IMG/VR virus record: IMGVR_UViG_3300027754_000055
Coordinates: 1-64,000 of that record
DNA from: a virus
Strand: one strand, 5' to 3'
Length of the DNA stretch: 64,000 nt
The first letter of the stretch is position 1. Each line of letters begins with the position of its first letter. The translations under genes were made by a program, and so were the position numbers. Shown piece by piece: positions 25,940 through 35,547 of this stretch. The notes under the pieces were generated by a model, which was not told the DNA's origin, did not search any database, and was given only the letters and a program-made list of their open reading frames with translations.

Positions 25940-26649
25940 TCTTCTGGCTTATATCTTTTATTAAACCAATCGCTTGCTGCTTTAGCTATTTCTTGATCGG
26001 AAACATTAAACTCATCCATTGCTGATCCAAGTATTTCTTTTATTGGAGTGAATGATGGTGCGCCTTGCATTTGAAAACCTAAATAAAATGGTTTATTTTC
26101 TTGTTTTGATTCTGGGTATTGATTGCTGATTTGTTTTTTGCGAACGAAATATGCGACTCTATTGATATCTTGTATTTGTTTTTTCTCTATGTCAGATCTG
26201 TTCATAAATCTATGATAAACGTCCAGTGCTTTTTGTTCTATTGGAACCGATGGAGTAATATAACCGTTTTCTGCGGAGATAAACTGCATTAATAATTCAT
26301 ATAGCAAAGAGCCGTAACTTTTTATTGCAGCTACAGAATTGACTTTATAGAGCCCATTTGAGATTTTTTTATAATTAAGTTGTCCGATTATACATTGAGC
26401 ATTTACGTCATACGGAGTTGAATCTGTATATTTTTCTGCAACGCCATTTATAAACATTCTCATAAATTGAATTTTACTTTTTGCATTTTTTGTGGCGTCT
26501 GCGATGTTTTTGCTATTTAAAAGTAAAACTCGCTGATCATTTTCAAGATGCACTGGAACAATTCCTTTAGAGCCAACCTCTGAAATTGTTCTACGTGGTT
26601 TTTTTGCACTAATATCATGTTGTTCAAATAATATATCAAATATTCTCAT
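25933..26649 (-). CDS. Tagged GNAT-acetyltransferase-like protein
   Basis: MRIFDILFEQ tag; VNSVAAIKSYGSLLYE...ALDVYHRF resembles GNAT motifs A and B; TACTTA 5 nt upstream. Confidence 0.55.
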   Translation of the reverse strand: MRIFDILFEQHDISAKKPRRTISEVGSKGIVPVHLENDQRVLLLNSKNIADATKNAKSKIQFMRMFINGVAEKYTDSTPYDVNAQCIIGQLNYKKISNGLYKVNSVAAIKSYGSLLYELLMQFISAENGYITPSVPIEQKALDVYHRFMNRSDIEKKQIQDINRVAYFVRKKQISNQYPESKQENKPFYLGFQMQGAPSFTPIKEILGSAMDEFNVSDQEIAKAASDWFNKRYKPEDQ

Positions 26650-26989
26650 AACAATAAGTATAATGGATGTTAGCTAGCTGAAAATATTCTTAGTTTTATG
26701 ATTTATTTATTGTTTTTAAACGGCTACAATCGCATAAGAAAACATGATTAATAATAGATTGAACATGATTGAGTTGATGATTTTACTTTTTTGGTTATCA
26801 AACATGACACCGGGTTTGCTAAAAATAATATTAAATACTGGAGTTTTTTGTTTGATATTCTGGAATATCGGCCTTAGAACAGGAGGTTTTTTGGCAAAGC
26901 TATATTTCGACTCAGAACATTCAAAATAATTGTAGTTGACATTTGCTTTTATATCTATCATGCTCATGCAATAAAGAAATAAAGAAAAA

Positions 26990-27202
26990 ATGGATATTAA
27001 AACCAATGCTATTAACAGAGCATTTATGATTATAAGTCAATATGCTAAAATTACTATGAGCAGTGATGATATTCATGATCAAATTCATGATCTAATGATA
27101 GACCTTTGTCATCTTCTTGATGATAGAAATCATGATCCACAGAAAGTATTTTCAAGTTCATTGTTAGCTTTCGAAGAAGAATCAGAAGAAAGTACACATT
27201 GA
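26990..27202 (+). CDS. Hypothetical protein
   Basis: IHDLMIDLCHLLD; downstream of TTGACA-N17-CATGCT (26936-26964). Confidence 0.7.
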   Translation: MDIKTNAINRAFMIISQYAKITMSSDDIHDQIHDLMIDLCHLLDDRNHDPQKVFSSSLLAFEEESEESTH

Positions 27203-27448
27203 ATGAATAAAAAAGAAATTGAGATTGGTAAGCTCTACAAATATATTGGTATAAGCGGAAAGGCTATATGGCTTCATATGCATTTGGGATATATTTATCC
27301 CAAAGAAATTGGCATGGTTCTTGAAGCAAACTTAACATACTCACCGCAAGATGGGCCAGATGGATATGGCTCCATTAAAATCATAAGCCAAAATGGAATT
27401 GTTGGATATGTATTTTATTCCAAAGAAGAATGGCAAAAAATACAATGA
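27203..27448 (+). CDS. SH3-like paralogue family member
   Basis: IEIGKLYKY...MVLE...IKIISQNGIVGYVF. Confidence 0.75.
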   Translation: MNKKEIEIGKLYKYIGISGKAIWLHMHLGYIYPKEIGMVLEANLTYSPQDGPDGYGSIKIISQNGIVGYVFYSKEEWQKIQ

Positions 27449-27726
27449 TTAAAGTGGGCGATCTTTACAAGATCAATAAGTTAACGGTACTATGGAAAGA
27501 GTCGGGGAAAATAACAGCGACGACAAGCGTCCTAATTCCAGAAGATATAATATTGATTTTAGAGATCAAAGATATTCCGTGGATAGAAATTAAAACTGCT
27601 AAAAAAGAATATAGAGTTTTGACCGCTGATGGAAATATAGGCTGGATTCTTTCGGGTGATGGAAATATTTCAAATATACCAACAAGTAAACGCTCGATTA
27701 AATTAATAAAAAAAATTTCAAAATAA
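27445..27726 (+). CDS. SH3-like paralogue family member
   Basis: MIKVGDLYK...LILE...YRVLTADGNIGWI; ATGA overlap gives start 27445. Confidence 0.75.
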   Translation: MIKVGDLYKINKLTVLWKESGKITATTSVLIPEDIILILEIKDIPWIEIKTAKKEYRVLTADGNIGWILSGDGNISNIPTSKRSIKLIKKISK

Positions 27727-27840
27727 CACAACAAAAATTTCGTAGAACATATCTTTCAATCAATTATAATTGATTGACATAACAAAAACCGGATGCTATC
27801 ATCGCATCATATAAAGGATTGCATTTATAGAAAAATAATT

Positions 27841-28122
27841 ATGAAACATGATCATTGGAATCACGAAGAGTGTCAATGCAGGACGGTAGATCCGCATTCT
27901 GATTTAGCGGAACTAAGTTTGGTTATTGAAGAGTATCTCAAGGCACTGGATGCCCGAAAGCGGCTTGATGATGGTTTCAAGGGAATGGGATATAATATTC
28001 TCGGTGAATCGGCAGCAAGAGCGCCGCAATGCATTCGCAAGATGAAAAAGCTGATTGGGTGGACAGAGGAAGAGAAAACAATATCAAATAATGATGAATA
28101 TATGCCGCTATTCAAAAAATAA
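27841..28122 (+). CDS. Hypothetical protein
   Basis: Likely start 27841 after TTGACA-N17-TATCAT (27774-27802). Confidence 0.6.
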   Translation: MKHDHWNHEECQCRTVDPHSDLAELSLVIEEYLKALDARKRLDDGFKGMGYNILGESAARAPQCIRKMKKLIGWTEEEKTISNNDEYMPLFKK

Positions 28123-28136
28123 AGAACAATGATCTT

Positions 28137-28940
28137 ATGACAACAACAACAATCAACTTTTCTGATCCCAAGTTCGTAACAAACCCAGAAGACCAGATTC
28201 TTCTTTTGCATAAACTTTTTTGGCTTCAAGCCCGAGATGTAGTGTTTTTAGATGATCAGGTAGAACAATCTACATATCATTTTACTTCCCTTACAAAAAA
28301 AGACATTCAGCAAGAAGATTTAGATTTTTTCATTGAACTAACAAGAAACTATCACAGTATTGGAAATATAGCATATCAAACTCTATACCCGAACGATTCA
28401 TACTTTCCAGAAATAAAAAATAAACCTATTGAAGAAAAAAGCAAACATTTCGGCAGTTGGTTTAGCATGGAAAAATATCAAGAAGCTGAAAACTGGATCA
28501 AGGAAAACAAAAACAAAACGTTTGTAAGCCATTTTGATTTTATGCAAGTTTTACCTTATGACGGTAACGCTGCTGAACATTTAAAATATTTGAAAAAGCT
28601 ATGTCAGCTATCACAAGATGAGTATGTGTTCTTTACCACTTATAGCGAATCTGATAAAGATTGGCTGGAAACCAAGGTTTTTCCTACGCTTCTTTGTAGT
28701 GATACGTTTGGTATGGCTTGTGCGGATTCAGAAAATTTCCAACGATCCGATATTGACTTGGTTCTTGACATGAAAGCAAAGTTTGGTTATACAGGTGTTG
28801 TTGCTTGGATTAGCAAACAGCGAAAAGAAAAACCATTGCTTGAATATGCGAGACTAGATCCACAAAAATATACAGAAGCTGTAGCTTACTTGGAAATGGA
28901 AACTCAAAATGAAACTAAAACTACCACTACCGTCATTTGA
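28137..28940 (+). CDS. Hypothetical protein
   Basis: 267 aa; C-terminal CSDTFGMACADSE motif. Confidence 0.7.
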   Translation: MTTTTINFSDPKFVTNPEDQILLLHKLFWLQARDVVFLDDQVEQSTYHFTSLTKKDIQQEDLDFFIELTRNYHSIGNIAYQTLYPNDSYFPEIKNKPIEEKSKHFGSWFSMEKYQEAENWIKENKNKTFVSHFDFMQVLPYDGNAAEHLKYLKKLCQLSQDEYVFFTTYSESDKDWLETKVFPTLLCSDTFGMACADSENFQRSDIDLVLDMKAKFGYTGVVAWISKQRKEKPLLEYARLDPQKYTEAVAYLEMETQNETKTTTTVI

Positions 28941-29238
28941 CCGAACACCTCATCAGCATTCTGATATTCTTCGCAACAGATATGTGATTGATATTGATAC
29001 TAGCGATTATTCTTTTTTCAATATAGTTCATGAAGCGTTGAATCCTAAGATGGAATGGCGTGTTGGTTACTCATGGTGGACTCTTGGAGTAAACACAGCA
29101 AAACGTTCCGAAGTTTGGAAAGATGAGATTCCAGATAAAGTGTTTTTGTTTGGATTATTGAAACGGTATGATGCTTACTACGATGGTCCGATTATCACAT
29201 GGGAACTTGGGCCGTTGTTTGTGAACTATAGGTGGTGA
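28909..29238 (+). CDS. Hypothetical protein
   Basis: 109-aa ORF in operon. Confidence 0.6.
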   Translation: MKLKLPLPSFDRTPHQHSDILRNRYVIDIDTSDYSFFNIVHEALNPKMEWRVGYSWWTLGVNTAKRSEVWKDEIPDKVFLFGLLKRYDAYYDGPIITWELGPLFVNYRW

Positions 29239-29244
29239 TATATT

Positions 29245-29442
29245 ATGGGAATAACTGAAAAAACAAAAGATATTGGTTGGATTCAATGTAGCCAATGCGG
29301 TAATGGGTTTGAGGTTCACCGTTCAGAGGTTGAGGCTGGAGATTATGTAGATCGTCAAGTTTGTGATGAATGTGGAATCGGACCAATGCATATTGATTTT
29401 GATTACCCAGACGGGAGTGGGTGGGTAGCAGAAAAGCTTTGA
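29245..29442 (+). CDS. Zinc-ribbon protein
   Basis: CSQCG...CDECG. Confidence 0.65.
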   Translation: MGITEKTKDIGWIQCSQCGNGFEVHRSEVEAGDYVDRQVCDECGIGPMHIDFDYPDGSGWVAEKL

Positions 29443-29457
29443 ATTGTATTTATCGGT

Positions 29458-30195
29458 ATGATAAAAATATTCCCTATACTGTTCAATGAATCCGTCGAGG
29501 AGCCAATGCAAGTTATTGACAATGCTGGTTATAAAGACATAACAGGAGTTCGCCGCATTCCTGTTGCCAAGATTGTTGACCCAAGAACAAAAGAAGAAAA
29601 GGTTGCTGTTGGCAACGAAGAGATCGACAAAGCAAAAGCTCGCATTCCCGGCAAACCAACAATGACCGATGAAGAGATGGACAGCCTCTTCGATGGCTCA
29701 GAGTTGGTCGTGGAAGAAAAAGTTGACGGACACCCAATGATTATCGTCAAAGGTGGTTTTACCTTTTTCTGCGAATCCCTATCGATCAAACACAGCGTTG
29801 AATATGAGAACGTTCCATACTCCGTTGGTGGTTGGCCGGATATGACTGTTTGCTATGATGTGTTGGATGGAGAGTTTGAGCCTCCATATCAAAAAGGTCA
29901 AGGAACAGGCAAGTGGCTAAACAGAGAAGAAAAGGAAGCGGTGTGCGAAGAAGTGGGAGCGCCTGTTGTTCCTCTTGTTTGGAAGGGCATTGTTTCCCCA
30001 GAAGAGCTTCCAACATTGGCTGACCGTATATCTTCGTTTGGTTCCAAAATAGCCGAAGGCATTGTATTAAAGAACTATAGCTCCGGTGTGTTTGGTAAGT
30101 TCATCAACTTGGAGTTCCAGCAAAAGATATCCGATGAAGCTTTGCAGGGCGGCGTTCATCCAATGCGAGCAGGGATCAGAAACTTTCGCCGCTGA
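29458..30195 (+). CDS. Tagged ATP-dependent RNA ligase-like nucleotidyltransferase
   Basis: Motif I VEEKVDG, FCE, YDV, VVPLVWKG, motif IV AEGIVLKN, motif V GKFINLEF; N-terminal MIKIFPILFNES. Confidence 0.85.
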   Translation: MIKIFPILFNESVEEPMQVIDNAGYKDITGVRRIPVAKIVDPRTKEEKVAVGNEEIDKAKARIPGKPTMTDEEMDSLFDGSELVVEEKVDGHPMIIVKGGFTFFCESLSIKHSVEYENVPYSVGGWPDMTVCYDVLDGEFEPPYQKGQGTGKWLNREEKEAVCEEVGAPVVPLVWKGIVSPEELPTLADRISSFGSKIAEGIVLKNYSSGVFGKFINLEFQQKISDEALQGGVHPMRAGIRNFRR

Positions 30196-30238
30196 CATAT
30201 TGCTTGACTTTATCAATATTCTTTGATATTCTGAATCT

Positions 30239-30778
30239 ATGAGCAAGCGAACAAAGATTCTTCACAACGTTGGATTGGCTCAACAGCCAATCAATCACAA
30301 CATCACATCTACTGGTCCTCAAAGTACATTATATTTTGATCCAGATTCTGTCAAGCAAAAAGAAACTGCCGTACAGTGGGCAGATGTTATATGGACTTAT
30401 GGGCCTCCAAGCTGTTGGGTTCCAAAAGGATATTGGTATCTTATTGCTCCTCCAATATCTAACGGTTCAACAGGATATACACCTATTGTTCTTGCAAATA
30501 AACCAATGACGGGATTGATTCTTACGGATATCGATGTTCGCATGGAAGGCAGCAGAGCTTATAAAGTAATCAATCCAGCAGATAATAGTTTGTTTGATAT
30601 TCGTGAAGATCAGATGTTGCAAGCGATTATCAAATATGGCATTCAAGCTGGTGGATTGATTGGTGGTGAATGGGTTTGGGCCATGAATCACACACAAATC
30701 AAGTGTTATCTTGTTGATGGTAAAGAATATCTGGATATGCTAGCAGAACACAAGCTACCTACACACCCCGCAATCTGA
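30239..30778 (+). CDS. Hypothetical early protein
   Basis: TTGACT-N17-TATTCT (30204-30232) 6 nt upstream. Confidence 0.75.
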   Translation: MSKRTKILHNVGLAQQPINHNITSTGPQSTLYFDPDSVKQKETAVQWADVIWTYGPPSCWVPKGYWYLIAPPISNGSTGYTPIVLANKPMTGLILTDIDVRMEGSRAYKVINPADNSLFDIREDQMLQAIIKYGIQAGGLIGGEWVWAMNHTQIKCYLVDGKEYLDMLAEHKLPTHPAI

Positions 30779-30827
30779 GGAAGAATAAAAGGCTTAAGGA
30801 AGCTATAGAATATAAACGGGTAAACAA

Positions 30828-31088
30828 ATGAAGATCGGTAGCTTGTATCAGTTCAAAAAGTATTTTTGGGTGCTTTATCCTTCAAAAGAAACAATTGTTC
30901 ACCCCAAAGAAATCAAGGTTTCTTATGTCACAGAAAAAAGTCTTTTTGTTCTATTGGAACAGGATAAATTATCCTGTAAGATTCTAACAGCCGATGGAAA
31001 CATTGGGTGGGTCGCCTATTCAGAATCAGAAGACGCTGAATGGTGCAAGGGTTGCATTGAGGAAATTAATCCCTGTAAAGAAGGCTAA
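30828..31088 (+). CDS. SH3-like paralogue family member
   Basis: MKIGSLYQF...FVLLE...CKILTADGNIGWV. Confidence 0.8.
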   Translation: MKIGSLYQFKKYFWVLYPSKETIVHPKEIKVSYVTEKSLFVLLEQDKLSCKILTADGNIGWVAYSESEDAEWCKGCIEEINPCKEG

Positions 31089-31127
31089 CTGCTTTACCTT
31101 ACCAACGCAAACTGATATGATGTATGC

Positions 31128-31529
31128 ATGAATAACACACACCGCATTGATTTGATTCTGGGCGACCCATCTGGTGATGGGCATGGTCAATCTCAAACTG
31201 TTGTCATCAACTCAAGTCTTTCCAATGGTGAGTTGCTGGCGGCATATCAAGTTGGCAGATTTATTGTTGGTTTTGATTTTATTAATGAGGTTTGCGAGCA
31301 ATATGAAGACTGTCGCATGAAGCGAGAATACAAGACGAAGCTTTTGGATCTTGGGTTTCTTGATTTTTATGAGGATGGTCTTGAACAAGATACTTGTTAT
31401 CTTGACCAAGAACTGTTTGCTCAGATCTTCTTGTTTATCTGCAAACTTGGAGACACAATGTTTGAATATCAGATTGTCGAGAGCAACAGCTACATCAATA
31501 TTGGTGGTTATGGATTGTTTGGTAGTTGA
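31128..31529 (+). CDS. Hypothetical early protein
   Basis: LGDPSGDGHG...IGGYGLFG; TTTACC-N17-TATGAT 6 nt upstream. Confidence 0.75.
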   Translation: MNNTHRIDLILGDPSGDGHGQSQTVVINSSLSNGELLAAYQVGRFIVGFDFINEVCEQYEDCRMKREYKTKLLDLGFLDFYEDGLEQDTCYLDQELFAQIFLFICKLGDTMFEYQIVESNSYINIGGYGLFGS

Positions 31530-31835
31530 GGTTGAAACAGTTATGGTTGAAAAATCAATTGTGAAAATAAGTAAATCATGTTAAAACAACTAAACCATTT
31601 ACTTCTGTTGCCCATTCTGATATGATGGAATTATGAATAATAACAACGAGATTCTAGAGGCAGCAGCAGAGTTAATCGTCACTCTTCGTTCATGGGGAAT
31701 GCACCAAAATGGGCCTTTACTCAGTCGAAATGCTGATACAGGTATGCTGGTTGGAGGCTGGGCCGGTGAAGAGCTTGAAAAACTAATTCTAAAATATCGT
31801 AGCGATGCGCTATAATCTTTGAAAGGAAATAATCA

Positions 31836-32186
31836 ATGATCTATTATCATGTTACAAATAACCCCGGTTTATTGCTGACGACAGCTGGCATATATCCACA
31901 AGCTAAACTTACAAACTCTATTGGAGTCGCAATGGAAGAGATATTGGAAGATCCACGGCTAATGGAAAAACATCAGAATCTTTCTATTGTTGTAATAGAC
32001 ATGGAAGGCATCAATATGCAAGAGAAATCAGCAAACCATTTCTTTGTTGCTGATTCTATTCCACGTAAAAGGATCAAGAAAATTATCCAAATAAGTGCAT
32101 TTGTGCCGGATTTCAGTTTTTATTGCATGAGCAGAAAACCCACAGGCTCGTCCTGTGGGATGAATGCGATTCATATAGAAAAATAA
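31836..32186 (+). CDS. KptA/ART-like small protein whose 3' end is interrupted by the TnpB element
   Basis: YYHVT...GIYP...VVID...DSIPRKRI pattern; native C-terminus NTQEEAILGTDK* lies at 33481-33519. Confidence 0.55.
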   Translation: MIYYHVTNNPGLLLTTAGIYPQAKLTNSIGVAMEEILEDPRLMEKHQNLSIVVIDMEGINMQEKSANHFFVADSIPRKRIKKIIQISAFVPDFSFYCMSRKPTGSSCGMNAIHIEK

Positions 32187-33480
32187 ATTTACACCATACT
32201 TAATATTAGGTATAAAGTAAATGGTTCTGCAAAACAAAACATACCAATTTAGAATCTATCCAAACACAGAACAGCAAAATTTGTTTGCTAAAATGTTTGG
32301 ATGTTCTCGTTTTGTTTGGAATTATTTTCTCAATAAAGAAAAAGAACATTTTCTAAAAAATAAAGAAAAAATCGAAGAAGAAAGAACAAAAAATTTTCTT
32401 TCTTATTTTGATAATGCAAAAGCTTTAACTCTTTTAAAGCAAAACCCAGAAACTAAATTTTTAAAAGATGCAAACTCACAAAGCCTTCAAGTAGCACTTA
32501 AAAATCTAGATATTGCTTACAAAAGATTTTTCAAAAAGCAAAGTGGTTTTCCAAATTTCAAAAAGAAATTTGGAAAACAATCTATTTGTATTCCGCAAAG
32601 CCTTTCAATCGAAAATGGAATGCTCCATATTCCAAAGTTTAAAACCGGAATTAAAATTAAACAGCACAGACCAATCAAAGGCAGGATCACAACTTCAACC
32701 ATTACCAAAACACCAACCAACAAGTATTTTGTTTCTATTTCTGTAGAAGAAACCATTCATAACTTACCAAAAATAAACAATGCTGTTGGAGTTGATCTTG
32801 GAATCAAGAGTTTCGCTTTTTTGTCTAATGGAGAAGAGATATCGAATCCAAAATATCTTGTTAAGCATTCAAACCAACTAAAGAAACAACAGCAATATCT
32901 TTCAAGAAAATTGAAAGGTTCAAATAGAAGAAAAAAACAAAAGCTAAAAGTAGCAAAAATTCACGAAAGAATTACCAATCTCCGAAAAGATTTTCAGCAT
33001 AAACTTTCTTCGAAATTAGTTCACGAAAACCAAGTGATTTGTATAGAAGATTTAAGTATTAAAAACATGTTGAAAAACCATAAATTATCAAAAGCCATTC
33101 AAGACAGTTCTTGGAGTAGTTTTGTTAATTTGTTAGAATATAAGTGCAAGTGGTACGGAAGAACATTAATCAAAGTTGATAGATTTTTTCCAAGTTCTAA
33201 AACTTGTTCGGACTGTGGCTACATCAACCAAAATCTAAAACTCAAGGACAGAGAATGGATTTGCAAAGGTTGCGGAGTAGTTCAACAGAGGGATTGGAAT
33301 GCATCAAAAAATATTCTTAAGCAAGGCTTAAACCTTGTTGATAGATCGTTCGGAACGAACGATCACGAGCATGGAGGAAATATAAAACCAAGTGCAAACT
33401 TGGAAATTTCCGATGAAGTGCTTAAAGTTCTAGAGATAAACTCTTTAGAAGCTCACAGGCTTGTCCTGTGAGTAGTTCAC
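32124..33480 (+). mobile_element. IS200/IS605-family (IS1341-type, tnpB-only) element, 1357 bp
   Basis: TTTAT target 5'. Left hairpin CCCACAGG-CTCGT-CCTGTGGG, right hairpin CTCACAGG-CTTGT-CCTGTGAG, ends GTTCAC. No target duplication; excision restores the host ORF. Confidence 0.93.
32221..33471 (+). CDS. tnpB: TnpB RNA-guided endonuclease
   Basis: TYQFRIYPN HTH; RuvC GVDLG, IEDL, RDWNAS; zinc finger CSDCG/CKGCG. All three acidic catalytic residues are present. Confidence 0.96.
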   Translation: MVLQNKTYQFRIYPNTEQQNLFAKMFGCSRFVWNYFLNKEKEHFLKNKEKIEEERTKNFLSYFDNAKALTLLKQNPETKFLKDANSQSLQVALKNLDIAYKRFFKKQSGFPNFKKKFGKQSICIPQSLSIENGMLHIPKFKTGIKIKQHRPIKGRITTSTITKTPTNKYFVSISVEETIHNLPKINNAVGVDLGIKSFAFLSNGEEISNPKYLVKHSNQLKKQQQYLSRKLKGSNRRKKQKLKVAKIHERITNLRKDFQHKLSSKLVHENQVICIEDLSIKNMLKNHKLSKAIQDSSWSSFVNLLEYKCKWYGRTLIKVDRFFPSSKTCSDCGYINQNLKLKDREWICKGCGVVQQRDWNASKNILKQGLNLVDRSFGTNDHEHGGNIKPSANLEISDEVLKVLEINSLEAHRLVL

Positions 33481-33500
33481 AATACTCAAGAAGAAGCAAT
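33340..33500 (+). ncRNA. Predicted TnpB omegaRNA (scaffold overlapping tnpB 3' end plus flanking guide)
   Basis: Segment conserved in the ORF-less copy at about 10925-11065; TnpB guides are known to derive from the right-end flank. 5' boundary approximate. Confidence 0.7.
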
Positions 33501-33697
33501 ACTAGGAACAGATAAATAACATGAAAACTGTTTATGTTGTTGCTAGCCATGAATCATATGGCGGTACAGAAATTGCTCATATCTTTTCTTCAGAATCCGC
33601 AGAAACTGAAACGATAGAACACCACAAAAAACAATCCAGTATATCAATACCATTATATTGATTATTTTGAAAGAAATATAGAAGAAAGTTTTACGTC

Positions 33698-33964
33698 ATG
33701 AATATTGGTAAAATATATGAACTTAAAGCAAAATATTGGTTTATATTTCCATCAAAGGAACTGGCTGCAATAGGCACTGATGAGGGTATAACTTTGCCGC
33801 TACGAGACAATGTTAGTACATTCGGAAAAAATAGTCTTGTTATTTTTTTGGAAGAAGATGGAGATTTAAAAAAGCTACTGACTTCTGATGGAACGATCGG
33901 TTGGGTTATTATATATGACCAGTATCTTGGTTGCTTTGAGGAAGTAAAGATCCACGGCAAATAA
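33698..33964 (+). CDS. SH3-like paralogue family member
   Basis: MNIGKIYEL...IFLEE...KKLLTSDGTIGWV; closest to 30828. Confidence 0.8.
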   Translation: MNIGKIYELKAKYWFIFPSKELAAIGTDEGITLPLRDNVSTFGKNSLVIFLEEDGDLKKLLTSDGTIGWVIIYDQYLGCFEEVKIHGK

Positions 33965-34056
33965 CCAAAAATATCTCTTTACTTCATTTATTTGATGTGC
34001 TATAGTAGTTTTAAATATTCTAAAATTATTTAGGAACGATTGCAAGGATTAAATAC

Positions 34057-34368
34057 ATGAACCAAGTTTTGGAATTCCATTTGGCTGAAGCGTGGCTTAA
34101 ACTAAACAAATCAAAACAGCCATGCATCATGTTTCGTTATTGGGAAGATCATGAAGAAGGAGAAACCTCAATTCGATATTTTCAAAGGATCTTCACAAGA
34201 GCAAAGATTGATGTGCACTTTCCTCGTGATACAAGTTCGGAATATATTGTAGCAGATGTTGATGCTAGTTTAGTGTACAAAATTGTACAAGAAGTGCATA
34301 GCTACGATAAATGGGGAGAAAATCTTTATGGATGGGACGGTACAACCTTTTACTGGTCAAGAGATTGA
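34057..34368 (+). CDS. Hypothetical early protein
   Basis: TTTACT-N17-TATAGT (33978-34006) and AAGGA RBS. Confidence 0.7.
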   Translation: MNQVLEFHLAEAWLKLNKSKQPCIMFRYWEDHEEGETSIRYFQRIFTRAKIDVHFPRDTSSEYIVADVDASLVYKIVQEVHSYDKWGENLYGWDGTTFYWSRD

Positions 34369-34374
34369 AATCAA

Positions 34375-34665
34375 TTAAGTCGAAACTTTAGCTTTTTTTG
34401 TATTTGCTACAAATTGTTTGCGGCCACCTTTTGACTTTGTTTTCTTTTTCTTTGCGGTAGCTGCACGCTGTTTTTTGCTCAATGAATAAGCTTTGGCGGC
34501 AGGAAGACAACGATCTGGATTTGATTTATTCTTGCTTGTCCCACATTCACCAGCAACCTTACCAGAAGAGGTTACACGTTTCCATTTTTGCTTGAACCAT
34601 TTGCGTAAATCTTCTTCAATCATCTCTTTGATGATAGTTTTAATAGATTCTTCTAGTGATTCCAT
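34375..34665 (-). CDS. Tagged basic small protein (DUF5872-like, from memory)
   Basis: EESIKTIIKEMIEEDLRKWFKQKW...CGT...RCLP; Lys-rich. Confidence 0.7.
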   Translation of the reverse strand: MESLEESIKTIIKEMIEEDLRKWFKQKWKRVTSSGKVAGECGTSKNKSNPDRCLPAAKAYSLSKKQRAATAKKKKTKSKGGRKQFVANTKKAKVST

Positions 34666-34898
34666 AATTTCATGATTTCTTCTTTGATAATATCTTTGAG
34701 TTGATCATAAGATTCATTAGCTTTCTTCTTTTTTCTCCAGCCGCCACCTTTGCTTTTATACCATCTTGAAGCCCAAGCCATCTTATAAGCAGAATGTTTT
34801 GTAAATTTTTTACTTGCAGCAGCTTTTGCTCTAGACCACAAGGCAGGATTTGTTGGAGAGTTCTCGCCCTCTTCAAGATATTCTAGTTCGTTTTCCAT
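34653..34898 (-). CDS. Tagged basic small protein
   Basis: PTNPALWSRAK...SAY...WYKSKGGGWR; C-terminal NESYDQLKDIIKEEI; TAATTA 6 nt upstream. Confidence 0.75.
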   Translation of the reverse strand: MENELEYLEEGENSPTNPALWSRAKAAASKKFTKHSAYKMAWASRWYKSKGGGWRKKKKANESYDQLKDIIKEEIMKLWNH

Positions 34899-34997
34899 AA
34901 CACTTAATTAGTTTTATATAAAAAAATAATTGGATTCTAATTAATATGTGTACAAAAAGAAAATAAACTTGTTTAATATACGAAAGGAAGAATAATC

Positions 34998-35504
34998 ATG
35001 CATTTCAACTCATTCGTATATTGGCTAAACGGGTTTTTTGAGCTTTCGGGGGCAACCACACTAGACGAAAAACAGGTTAAAATTATCAAAGAGCATATTG
35101 CTCTGACTTTAACAAAGGTCACTCCGACATCATATGAAAGCCCATTAACTATACCGCCATTTGATGTTGAGCGGACCATTAAAAACATGGGCCGTAACGC
35201 ATATATTCAAGAACAAATAAGATTATTCCCAGGTGTTATTTGTGGAAGTTGTGGAAAAACTTGCTCAGAAGAAGGTGGCACTTGTAAGGTTTGCCAAAAA
35301 AATGAATCCCTTAAAGCAGTACCCGCCGAAAATATATTAAATCTTACTACTCACCTATGCACAGAATGTGTAGTCATCTGTCCAAACTCACGAAAAATTG
35401 AAGATCATATTGGTCGCACTTGCCCATTATGTAAAGTGTATTGCAAAAATTTAGAAGCAAAAGATCTGCCAATCATTAATGTTCCAACGATCCTAACCTG
35501 CTAA
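34998..35504 (+). CDS. Cys-rich hypothetical protein
   Basis: FVYWLNGFFELSG N-domain and four CxxC pairs. Confidence 0.7.
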   Translation: MHFNSFVYWLNGFFELSGATTLDEKQVKIIKEHIALTLTKVTPTSYESPLTIPPFDVERTIKNMGRNAYIQEQIRLFPGVICGSCGKTCSEEGGTCKVCQKNESLKAVPAENILNLTTHLCTECVVICPNSRKIEDHIGRTCPLCKVYCKNLEAKDLPIINVPTILTC

Positions 35505-35547
35505 CAAAACATAAAACCATCTACTTATGCTACATAAGGATGATGCC

